A DNA stretch of 64,000 bases, taken from an uncultured bacterium. GTDB taxonomy: Bacteria > Babelota > Babeliae > Babelales > Vermiphilaceae. Each line of letters begins with the position of its first letter. Position 1 is the first letter of the stretch. Under the pieces are notes generated by a model. It had not been told where the DNA came from, did not search any database, and saw only the letters and a program-made list of their open reading frames with translations. A program made the translations under genes and the position numbers. The stretch covers positions 1,216,001 to 1,280,000 of the forward strand of contig OY970212.1 of NCBI GenBank assembly GCA_963713925.1. Direction: 5' to 3'. Shown here in pieces: positions 52,569 to 61,370 of the stretch.

Positions 52569-55502
52569 ATGATGGGCTGCAGAACTCGCTCGTTAACAAC
52601 AAATGCACTTATCACCGCGCTGTTCTTTTCTTCTTTTAACTTTGCACAAGATCAACATGCGATCTTGCTTGAAAAAATCATGTCTCAAGAGAATGGGACT
52701 CCAAAAAAGAAGGCTCGCAACAGAAAAAATGCTCATGCAAAAAAAATGAACTTTGTCTTTGAAAATGAAGGCATTGTTGATGCGGTCAACACTATCGCTG
52801 CCCACAAGGAAGCCAATATTCTTTTGCCGGTCAAAGACGCTGATTTTGAAAAAATTAAAGTTAATTTCGATTCAGTCACAGACGTGACTGTCGATCAAGC
52901 ATGGAATTTTTTGCAAATATTGCTTGATCTTTCCGGATATACGATGGTGCAAGAAAATGATCTTTGGAAGATTATTAAAAAAGATAAAACAATGAACCGA
53001 GAGCCGCTCCCGATTTTTGTGGGAATGACGCCGGAAGATCTTCCTGAATCAGAAGATCGGATTCGCTATGTCTATTTCTTCTCAAACTTGAGGGTGGGTG
53101 ACAACGCTAATAAATCTGACAATGAAATTACCGCACTCATGAACATATTGCTTGCGGATCAAACAAAACTTGAAGCAAGCCATTATCTTGATCAAACAAC
53201 AAATTCAATCATCCTTGCAGGCAAATCTGCTGATATTAAAGCAGCAATGCGTGTCATTGTTGAACTCGACAACTCTGACATTAAGGAAATGATGGAAGTG
53301 CTCCCCCTCAACTATCTATCGGCAGATTTTGTTACTAATTTATTGCAAAGCCTCCAAGAGCCCACGGAAGCTGAAAAAAAACAAAGTCCTTTGCTGCCAA
53401 AGCCAGCCTCAGGAGCAACTTATTTTTCACGCAATGTGAAAATACTTCCTTTCGGGGCAAAAAATGCAATCATATTGCTCGGAAAACAAACAGATATTGG
53501 CCGTATTAAAGAATTCACCCAAAAATATCTTGATGTCGCTCTTGATTCGGGTAAATCAGTGTTACATGTGTATAAATTGCAATATCTGGATGCCACCCCT
53601 TTTGCAGGAGTACTGACAGAGATCGTTAAACGGGATGAATCGCGCAAAACAACCGGACAGTCTGCAGGGAAAACATTATCTGATGGAACAGACATTGAAA
53701 CCTATTTTGAAGAGGTTATAATTAGATCCGATAAACCAACCAAAGATGAAATTACTAAAACTCTGGCACAAGAATCTAAGGAGAAACTCTTAACAAATTT
53801 GCAACCACCGTCATATAACACAAAAAGTGATGAAACCCTCGGAAGCTATGGCGGCGGCAACAAACTGATAATTGCATGTCGTGACAGTGATTGGGAAAAA
53901 ATACGAAAACTTATCGAAGACCTGGATACTCCTTCGCCACAAATTGTAATTGAGGTGTTGATTACTGAAATGCAAGCATCACAAGTCAAAGAAATTGCAT
54001 CGCAGTTGCGTAATCCGGGCTGCTTTCCTATGCCGAACAATGTCAACGCACAAACCGGCATGTTTGATACATCCGGGGCCACAACCACAAACTCTTCAGG
54101 TGTGACGACCAGTTTGGCTCAAATTGTTCCTGGATATACTCCCGGAAACACTCCGGTACCTCCTACCCCAACAACTTCGGGCAACATTCTTACTACTCTA
54201 CAAGCAGACTTGCTTGCCAATGCATTGCAGAATCCGGCGTCAACCACACCCAATTTTATCAGCCTTGCCGGAGCAGCTCCGATTGGATCAACTGTCATCC
54301 AAGCATCTGATTCTAACGGTAAGACATGGGGGTTGCTTCAAATTCTTGATACTTTGAGCGCGACAAATATTATTTCAAATCCGCATGTGATTGCGACCAA
54401 TAACACCAAAACGGTCGTCTCCACTATGGACCAGCGCTTGTTGCCTGATACTGCGGCAAACACCGGCGGTCAAGGTACCACAACAATTATCAATAAATGG
54501 GCAAACGCCCCGGTGCAGATAGTAGTGACTCCTCGCATTAGCGGCGAATTTGTAAACCTTGATCTTCAAATTGATATCACTCGATTTTTAACAACGGCGA
54601 CTTCGACAAATGCTACCCAACAAAGCCGCTTGAAACGACAAATTTATACTCAGGCAAATGTTCCCAATGGCGCTATACTTGCGCTCGGTGGATTGACCAG
54701 CAACGAGGATGATGCATTCAACGCTCGTACGCCGATTTTAGGAAGAATTCCTATTCTTGGATATTTTTTCAAAAGACGCAGCAATACTGAAACTGATTCG
54801 GTCGTCGTGGTCTTCATCTGTCCGACCATTATTCAACCGCGCTTGCGCGCCGGTGTAAGTGATTATACCAATGAACATATTAATTTATCCAAAAAATATA
54901 TCCGAGACGGAATGGCATTCAGCTCACTGCGCGATCCGATTACTCACTGGTTCTTTGCAAATGAAGGTCTTGATCAAATAAGCGAAATTGATGACTTCTT
55001 GTTACAAGATGATTCAAGAGCTCAAGAATTTTACCGCTCAGTTGACGAAGGGACAGCTAATCCGGAAGTTCAAGGACGAAAATTGGCAAAAGCCGAAGCG
55101 CTCGGACAAACTCAGGACGTTGGAACAGTTATCGGCTCGCCAAAGCAAAAAATAACAGGAATACGAGAGATTCAGGAGCATGAAGCGAATATCGACACAT
55201 TAGTTGATGTTTCCGCCTACGCTCAAAAAGATGAACTTCAGCGTGACGCTACTTCGTTAAAACTTCGTAGCGCAGGCAGGTCCGTCTCCGACAGCGAGAC
55301 CGGACCGCGTGACGGGCTGGCCATTGCCCAAGCGCAAAAAAAGCCAGAAGCAATATCTACCGCCGCTCAAAAAGACGAGCTAAGGCGTGACAGGCCTGCC
55401 GCCTCACAAAAAACAGAGGCCGAACCTAAAAAAGAGCGCCCTTTGCTAACGCTCATGGCAGAAATGGAAAATCCGCTGAAACGTAAATCTAGACTGCAAT
55501 GA
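52569..55502 (+). CDS. gspD: Secretin GspD, copy 2, with repeat-derived C-terminal extension
   Basis: TNSII, LD.P.PQI.IE, SNPHV and TPILGRIPILGYFFK. Confidence 0.88.
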   Translation: MMGCRTRSLTTNALITALFFSSFNFAQDQHAILLEKIMSQENGTPKKKARNRKNAHAKKMNFVFENEGIVDAVNTIAAHKEANILLPVKDADFEKIKVNFDSVTDVTVDQAWNFLQILLDLSGYTMVQENDLWKIIKKDKTMNREPLPIFVGMTPEDLPESEDRIRYVYFFSNLRVGDNANKSDNEITALMNILLADQTKLEASHYLDQTTNSIILAGKSADIKAAMRVIVELDNSDIKEMMEVLPLNYLSADFVTNLLQSLQEPTEAEKKQSPLLPKPASGATYFSRNVKILPFGAKNAIILLGKQTDIGRIKEFTQKYLDVALDSGKSVLHVYKLQYLDATPFAGVLTEIVKRDESRKTTGQSAGKTLSDGTDIETYFEEVIIRSDKPTKDEITKTLAQESKEKLLTNLQPPSYNTKSDETLGSYGGGNKLIIACRDSDWEKIRKLIEDLDTPSPQIVIEVLITEMQASQVKEIASQLRNPGCFPMPNNVNAQTGMFDTSGATTTNSSGVTTSLAQIVPGYTPGNTPVPPTPTTSGNILTTLQADLLANALQNPASTTPNFISLAGAAPIGSTVIQASDSNGKTWGLLQILDTLSATNIISNPHVIATNNTKTVVSTMDQRLLPDTAANTGGQGTTTIINKWANAPVQIVVTPRISGEFVNLDLQIDITRFLTTATSTNATQQSRLKRQIYTQANVPNGAILALGGLTSNEDDAFNARTPILGRIPILGYFFKRRSNTETDSVVVVFICPTIIQPRLRAGVSDYTNEHINLSKKYIRDGMAFSSLRDPITHWFFANEGLDQISEIDDFLLQDDSRAQEFYRSVDEGTANPEVQGRKLAKAEALGQTQDVGTVIGSPKQKITGIREIQEHEANIDTLVDVSAYAQKDELQRDATSLKLRSAGRSVSDSETGPRDGLAIAQAQKKPEAISTAAQKDELRRDRPAASQKTEAEPKKERPLLTLMAEMENPLKRKSRLQ

Positions 55503-55591
55503 ATTTTTGAAGGTGTAAAATTTGGAAGTTCGAATGGTTCGATTTCGCTACGCTACACTCACCACGAACGGAAAAAGAAACCGGATCTATC

Positions 55592-55837
55592 TAGGGTCTG
55601 TTGAGTTTTTGTAGTCATGAAAACCGGTGGTTATTTCATGTTTTCAGAACAAAAAGCTCTTCCCCCCGTTCGTGGTGAGCGATAGTCGAACCATTCGAAC
55701 GGGAAAGTTTACTTGATCAAAAAAATTGTTCTTATTATGTCACATGACTGTTCGTATGGTTCGATTTCGCTGCGCTACACTCACCACGAACGAATTTGAA
55801 GCTATTTTTTATATTTTTAAAAACTCAACAGAACCTA
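55592..55837. mobile_element. MITE-like element with 17-bp TIRs and flanking TA, carrying family B repeats
   Basis: TA-GGGTCTGTTGAGTTTTT ... AAAAACTCAACAGAACC-TA (1 mismatch); a related end lies at 58686. Confidence 0.7.
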
Positions 55838-55851
55838 AGATAAAAAAACAA

Positions 55852-55881
55852 ATGACCCCACATTTTTCACGTGGGGTTATT
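55852..55881. terminator. Terminator downstream of eno
   Basis: ATGACCCCAC..GTGGGGTTAT hairpin. Confidence 0.6.
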
Positions 55882-55904
55882 TATACATGATGGAGTAGAT
55901 CTCT

Positions 55905-57158
55905 TTACTCATCAAGCATCGACATCAACAATGTGTCTTCCAGACGCAAAAGTTGATTGTATTTTGCAATACGTTCTCCGCCTCTGCAGCCGCCGGCTTT
56001 AATGTGGCCGGCATTGGTGCCAATCGCAAGATCAACAATAAACGTGTCTTCCGTTTCTCCCGAGCGGTGAGAAATAATAGGCTGAAGATCACCTTCGCGA
56101 CACAAATTAATTGCTTGCAATGTTTCAGTAATAGTTCCGATTTGATTTGGCTTGATGATGGCAGCGGATGCAACTTTTCTTTCAATTGCCTCTGATATTC
56201 GATGCGGATTAGTGGCAAAAATATCATCGCCCACAATCTTAATTTGATCTTTCAACAGCGCTGTCATCTCTTGCCAACCATCCCAGTCATCTACTTGTAA
56301 GCCATCTTCAATTGCATACATCGGATAGGTTTTCACCCATGATTGATACATTGCTATTAATTCTTGTGACGTTTTTTGTTTATCGAACCATCGATAGGTG
56401 CCACTTGATGAATCATACAATTGTTGGGCAGCAATATCCAATGATAAAAAGACTTGGCTCTCTGCTTTGATAGATGCAATTGCTGACATAACCATATCAA
56501 GCACGTCTTCTACAGCCGTTGCCTCAAATGCATAACCGCCTTCGAGCCCATATCCAAATGGAATGCCTTTTTTCTCCAGAAGTTTAGAAAATGCACGAAA
56601 AATCTGCTGACTGCATTCCATCGCTTCTCGAAATGTCTGCATGCCTGCAGGCATGATCATAATCTCTTGCACCGGAAAATTACCGGAAGTATGCGCTCCC
56701 CCGTTAACAAGATTCAACAACGGGAAGGGAATCGAAACTGATGATTGTTCGCAAAAGTGGGCTATCAATTCATACAATTCAAGCCCATGGGCCACTGCCT
56801 GCGCCTTAGCTACTGCCATACTTACCGCAGTCATCGTGTTGGCACCCAGCTTTGATTTGTCGGTTGTGCCATCAAGTTCGACCATTTCAACGTCAAGCTC
56901 TACAAGATCGGGCTCTTGTCCGATGAGGGCAGGAGCAATCACATCTTCCAATTTTTTGATTGCCTTTGAAACCCCCATCCCCTCAAGCCGCTTGCCGCCG
57001 TCACGAAGCTCTCGAGCTTCATACGGACTCTTTGAGGTGCCTGAGGGCGCTGAGGCACGAACAATAATTTCATCATCAAGATATAATTCACACTCAACCG
57101 TGGGAATGCCTCTTGAATCATATATCTCGCGACCGGTTAGCTGCGTTATTTCCATCAT
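55905..57158 (-). CDS. eno: Enolase (divergent)
   Basis: REIYDSRG.PTVE, LGAN, NGGAH, IEDG, GDD, KPNQIG and SHRSGETED. Confidence 0.92.
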   Translation of the reverse strand: MMEITQLTGREIYDSRGIPTVECELYLDDEIIVRASAPSGTSKSPYEARELRDGGKRLEGMGVSKAIKKLEDVIAPALIGQEPDLVELDVEMVELDGTTDKSKLGANTMTAVSMAVAKAQAVAHGLELYELIAHFCEQSSVSIPFPLLNLVNGGAHTSGNFPVQEIMIMPAGMQTFREAMECSQQIFRAFSKLLEKKGIPFGYGLEGGYAFEATAVEDVLDMVMSAIASIKAESQVFLSLDIAAQQLYDSSSGTYRWFDKQKTSQELIAMYQSWVKTYPMYAIEDGLQVDDWDGWQEMTALLKDQIKIVGDDIFATNPHRISEAIERKVASAAIIKPNQIGTITETLQAINLCREGDLQPIISHRSGETEDTFIVDLAIGTNAGHIKAGGCRGGERIAKYNQLLRLEDTLLMSMLDE

Positions 57159-57592
57159 TAATCCTTTTTTATCCCAAACTATTTTGGGCACATTTTTTAA
57201 TGAAAAAAAATATATACTTTTGAGTATCGTACTATAATCGACAAATTATTACGATGTCTATAAAAGTACGAAAAAATTTTCATGTCATTTTTTATAAACC
57301 GATGATTTTTAAAAAAAACCTTTAGTTTAACTCAAAAATCTATTTTTTCTCTGAAAACACTGACCTTTTTTTGATGCCAATTAATAGCAAACGGATATTG
57401 CTTTTTACAAAACTTCATATAGGATTGGTTGCGATTTTGGTTTTGAAGTTTGTAGTGAAGCAACGAGCAGTCAAAACAATCATAACTCAAAATCATTAGG
57501 AGTCTCTATTATGCGCATCTTATAAAATAAATTGATTGGAAGAAGTAGTTGAATGATGCATAAAAATCAATTCTATTTTTATAGGAGTTTAT

Positions 57593-58219
57593 ATGAAAAA
57601 AATCTTATTGTTACTTATTTGCTCTCTGAGCGCATTTGCAAGTGAATTAGTTGTAAAAGGTGGTGGCCTTGCTTCACACAAGCTGGGAAATATCGATCTG
57701 ATCAGAACCGATAAAGGATACGAAATTCTCAAAGCAAACAAGCGTATCCAAGTGAAAGATTACGATATCGATCCTTTACTGAAAAAACTTGATAAAAAGA
57801 AATTGGCAACTTTTTTTTCAGAGGGACATGGATACACCGAAGTTTCACAGCTATCAAACGGCGATTACAAAGTAAGAGCTCATGTGCGTGGCCAAGGTGG
57901 CGGAGCTGCTTTTGGTGCCTTTGTATATTGGGCAACAAAAAGCCTTTGTTATGGGACAATTGCAGCCGGTGTTAGTGCCGGTCTTGTTGCAACAGGCGGA
58001 ATGGCTGGTGGAGCAATAGCCGGTGCCGCAACTTTAAGCGCAGGTCCTGGAACTGCTGTAGTTGCAGGTGCAATCGGCGCAAACGCCGCTGCAAGTCAAG
58101 CAGCAATGCTCGGCGCTACGTGCGCTGTAAATTCTGTTGGAGTTGCCGGAGTAGCAACAGCGATAGAAGCTCTCGCTTTAACCTTAGGAACCTTGGCTGG
58201 TATGACCCCTACTCCTTAA
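57593..58219 (+). CDS. Secreted protein with GQGGG hinge and Gly/Ala-rich hydrophobic C-terminal half (bacteriocin-like)
   Basis: AGGAG RBS, signal peptide, charged N-domain, then ~105 nearly uncharged residues. Confidence 0.7.
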   Translation: MKKILLLLICSLSAFASELVVKGGGLASHKLGNIDLIRTDKGYEILKANKRIQVKDYDIDPLLKKLDKKKLATFFSEGHGYTEVSQLSNGDYKVRAHVRGQGGGAAFGAFVYWATKSLCYGTIAAGVSAGLVATGGMAGGAIAGAATLSAGPGTAVVAGAIGANAAASQAAMLGATCAVNSVGVAGVATAIEALALTLGTLAGMTPTP

Positions 58220-58233
58220 GAGAGCCAACTCCC

Positions 58234-58434
58234 ATGACAAAAAATATGTTAGCAAGTTATGCAAGTGTTTTATTTGAACGAATGAACTCTTTTATAATCT
58301 TATGTATATTTTTGTTTTTTCTGAAATTTAACGGATTTGGATATACAGATATTTCATATACATGGCTTATTTTTACAGCTATAGTGGGCTACCTGGTCGG
58401 TCCGTTTATCAGACAATTTTTTTCTCTAAATTAG
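58234..58434 (+). CDS. Small two-TM membrane protein
   Basis: 66 aa with two hydrophobic helices, directly after 57593-58219. Confidence 0.5.
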   Translation: MTKNMLASYASVLFERMNSFIILCIFLFFLKFNGFGYTDISYTWLIFTAIVGYLVGPFIRQFFSLN

Positions 58435-58473
58435 AGCGAATAGTGCAGAGAGCAGAAGGGCGCCGCTCTCTGC

Positions 58474-58698
58474 ATGGAAAAAATCATGAACCTATCAATC
58501 ACATACAAAGAAATTAAAAGAGCTTTTATTGTCGCATGCTGCATCTCATTCATAGATTTAACAAGCAAATATATGGGACATAGTTATCAAAGCATCCGCT
58601 ACTATTACATACCTCTTTATTGCTTAGGCGGTTGTGCCATCGCGATGATTCTCATCTCTCTTAAAACATACGTCAAATCACGATGTAGAGTCCGTTGA
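58474..58698 (+). CDS. Small two-TM membrane protein
   Basis: 74 aa with two hydrophobic helices and a basic tail. Confidence 0.5.
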   Translation: MEKIMNLSITYKEIKRAFIVACCISFIDLTSKYMGHSYQSIRYYYIPLYCLGGCAIAMILISLKTYVKSRCRVR

Positions 58699-58882
58699 GT
58701 TTTTGAAAGTCTTAATAAAATAGTTTCCAACCGTTCGTGGTGAGCAAAGTGCAACGGAGTCGAACCATACGAACTCATTTATTCGTATCTTTTTTACAAA
58801 ATTTCCCATTCTCCGCTATCCATAGTCAATTAATTTTTTTTCGTATGGTTCGACTGCACTACGTTCCGCTCACCACGAACGG
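58686..58882. repeat. Family B inverted doublet with a MITE-like terminal sequence
   Basis: CCGTTCGTGGTGAGC..GTCGAACCATACGAAC and its inverse; the left end resembles the 55837 end. Confidence 0.8.
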
Positions 58883-58904
58883 TTATAGTAAAAAATTAAT
58901 TAAG

Positions 58905-59005
58905 CATCCAAATGACGCTCCACGGCTTGAAAGCCGCGGTTTATGAACATGAATTGCGCCTTACATCACCGCGCTGAGGCACGGGGGTTTTACAGCGCGC
59001 AATAA
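58905..59005. mobile_element. Non-autonomous IS200/IS605-like miniature element (two hairpin ends only)
   Basis: ATCCAAATGACGCTCCACGGCTTGAAAGCCGCGG and GCGCCTTACATCACCGCGCTGAGGCACGGGGGTTTTAC hairpin ends, with no ORF between them. Confidence 0.55.
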
Positions 59006-59017
59006 ATACAATGTTAT

Positions 59018-59857
59018 TTATGTGAGCTCGCTTGATAATTTACCGCCATATTTGCGCACCAAATTTGCTGCGTGAGAATCTGTGTATATCAGCTCATCAA
59101 GAATAGTTGTCTTGCTATCAGGGTCAAGCTTGTTGAGCGTTTGCGCTAGTTTGCCGGCGATAGTCTGTATTTCATGTTTATCTACCCATTCAAGCGCAAG
59201 CATGGTTCCTCGCGCATCACACAAGTGACGAGGGTCTGCTCCTTTGGTCAAGAGATAATCGATGGCGGCTTCATTTTTGAGCAAGATTGCTTCCTGCAGC
59301 AAGTTGTTACCGGATGCATAAATTTCATCAATAGGCCAAAGCATCTCGGTCATTTCCTCATCTTCTTTTAAAAACTCGGCATGCTCGGGCGCATAGCTCA
59401 CTAAAGAATTATTTAAATCAGTTAGTGGATGATTTTTTAAAAAGTCAGCATGTTGGGTCAGTACGGTTACAAAGAAATCAACTACCGAACATTCAGAATC
59501 CTTCAAGCGATTTTTGCATCCTTCAAGCACGGCGCATTTTTCCTCTATAGTGTACCCGGGAACAAACAAAAGATCATATACACAGGTCAACACATCTTCC
59601 GGGTTCAATCTTTTAATATATTCATTAAGTTCGACTACAGGTCTGACTATAGGCTCTGAGTCAGTTTCTTTTTTGAAAGCGCGCTCGCTATAAGCAATGG
59701 GTGTTGATGGAGCTTTTTGTTGAACAACAACAGGAGCAGGCTGTTCTGGTTTGACCAGTGTTTGAGGAACCGGAGTCTGCTGACGGGGTTTACGTTGGCA
59801 CCCCGAAAAGCCGATTATGGCTATACACATATAGTAAATAGGAGAGATCTTTTTCAT
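59018..59857 (-). CDS. Lipoprotein with C-terminal ankyrin-like repeat
   Basis: Lipobox FSGC, Pro/Gln linker and GNNLLQEAI..IDYLLTKGADP. Confidence 0.7.
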   Translation of the reverse strand: MKKISPIYYMCIAIIGFSGCQRKPRQQTPVPQTLVKPEQPAPVVVQQKAPSTPIAYSERAFKKETDSEPIVRPVVELNEYIKRLNPEDVLTCVYDLLFVPGYTIEEKCAVLEGCKNRLKDSECSVVDFFVTVLTQHADFLKNHPLTDLNNSLVSYAPEHAEFLKEDEEMTEMLWPIDEIYASGNNLLQEAILLKNEAAIDYLLTKGADPRHLCDARGTMLALEWVDKHEIQTIAGKLAQTLNKLDPDSKTTILDELIYTDSHAANLVRKYGGKLSSELT

Positions 59858-60032
59858 TACAAGCTTCTTTTTTTAAATCGGATCGCAAGAGACTATGGGC
59901 TTTGTTGAGACGTCAAAAACAGATGAATAAGCCAGCTTTTTCAAGCAGTAAATTCGGTTTGTTTTGTTTGGGCTTTTTAACCTAGCACGAGTATATAAAA
60001 AAAGGGGACAAAAACAACAGTTTTTTGATAAA

Positions 60033-60076
60033 AAAAAGAGACGTGGAAAACAGGATAGTTTTCCACGTCTCTTTTT
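60033..60076. terminator. Strong hairpin, probable bidirectional terminator
   Basis: AAAAAGAGACGTGGAAAAC..GTTTTCCACGTCTCTTTTT. Confidence 0.7.
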
Positions 60077-60222
60077 GTGTAATTTTTTTAAATATTCTTA
60101 TTCTACTTCGCTGCCTAATGGCAGCTTCGAAGAACTCCGCGCTCAATGACTTTTCAATTAGAGCTTATACGAAAATTAAGCTTTCTAACTAAAAAGTAAT
60201 TGTGTTAAAAGTCAATTAATTT

Positions 60223-61164
60223 TTAAGCACTACATACTTCGCCCTTTTTCAAGATAACATTTGCAATGATGATCAGCTTTCGCATTACTGCAACAATAGC
60301 TACTTTAAAGCTTTTTTTGTTTGCTATTAGTCGATCATAAAAGGATTTTAAAGGAGCATAATACTTAATAGTCGTTATAGCACACATATATAATGCATTT
60401 CGAGGAATAATCCTACCGCCTTGAATGAACCGTTTGCCTGTATAGTTGCCACTTTCTCGATCGTAAGGACAAACTCCGACAAGGGCTGCTATTTCATTAT
60501 TGCTTACAGATCCAAGTTCAGGCACAAACGAAATCAATATCGCGGCCGAAGATTTACCGATTCCCGGGATTGATTCCAAAAGCTCTGTCCGTTTCTGCAG
60601 TACCGCATCTTGATCAATCAATTCTTCAATTTGTTCATCCAAAGCCTTGATCTCTTTATTTAAAAAGAGGATCATTCTTTCGATACTTGAAACACCGAGT
60701 GCATGCGAGGGGTGTTTAAGTCGAGTTTTTTCAGTTGCCAAAAATTTGGTCAAATCCTGCTTTCGATTAACCAAAGATAGCAATGTTTCTTGGTTATGAG
60801 TTCTGCTGACTGGCTCATAATCTTGAGAATTCTTCGATGCAAATTCAGCAATTTTTTGTGCGTCTATTTTGTCTGTTTTGCTTTTGCAACCAGTTGCGAT
60901 TATAAAACCCTTTATCCTCCGTGGATCAACTATCCAACAACTATAGGAATGTTCCTGTAATACCCGAGTAAGCAATTTTTCGTAACCACCGGTTGCCTCA
61001 CATGCAATTTGCTTAATACTGTAATTGGATAATTGCTTCACAAACTTTTTTATTCCGCTTTCTGTATTGGGTATTTTAACCCATTGCTTCAACGGATGAA
61101 TAAAAATGTCCAAATTGTTCTTTGAAATATCGACGCCGATAAATACTTCTGGTAGGGTAATCAT
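60223..61164 (-). CDS. IS110-family DEDD recombinase/transposase
   Basis: GVDISK, CEATGGY and KTDKID (D-E-D-D); SIPGIG and RESG (catalytic Ser); VAVMRKL. Confidence 0.96.
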   Translation of the reverse strand: MITLPEVFIGVDISKNNLDIFIHPLKQWVKIPNTESGIKKFVKQLSNYSIKQIACEATGGYEKLLTRVLQEHSYSCWIVDPRRIKGFIIATGCKSKTDKIDAQKIAEFASKNSQDYEPVSRTHNQETLLSLVNRKQDLTKFLATEKTRLKHPSHALGVSSIERMILFLNKEIKALDEQIEELIDQDAVLQKRTELLESIPGIGKSSAAILISFVPELGSVSNNEIAALVGVCPYDRESGNYTGKRFIQGGRIIPRNALYMCAITTIKYYAPLKSFYDRLIANKKSFKVAIVAVMRKLIIIANVILKKGEVCSA

Positions 61165-61165
61165 A

Positions 61166-61370
61166 AATACCTCATCCTTGTAAACATTCGAGGTCGTATT
61201 AATACGCCTCTAGTAATTGTTCGAGGTAATTTCGTATAAGCTGATAGTCTCAAACTTTTTAGCAATCGATTACGATTAGGGTTGGCGCGAGCTCTATCAG
61301 CTTTTCCCGAGCAACTAATTTGTGAAACAATATACCGATCACAAATTAATACATTATCTATCAAAATTTG
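61166..61370 (-). ncRNA. IS110 bridge RNA (5' hairpin, target-binding loop, donor-binding loop); ends approximate
   Basis: Stems at 61316-61325/61339-61348, 61238-61247/61294-61303 and 61168-61173/61223-61228; four loop segments match the target and donor sequences. Confidence 0.88.

Noticed and set aside
57420..57500. Imperfect inverted repeat upstream of the bacteriocin-like gene as a riboswitch
   Set aside because: Weak AT-rich pairing with no recognisable aptamer motif.
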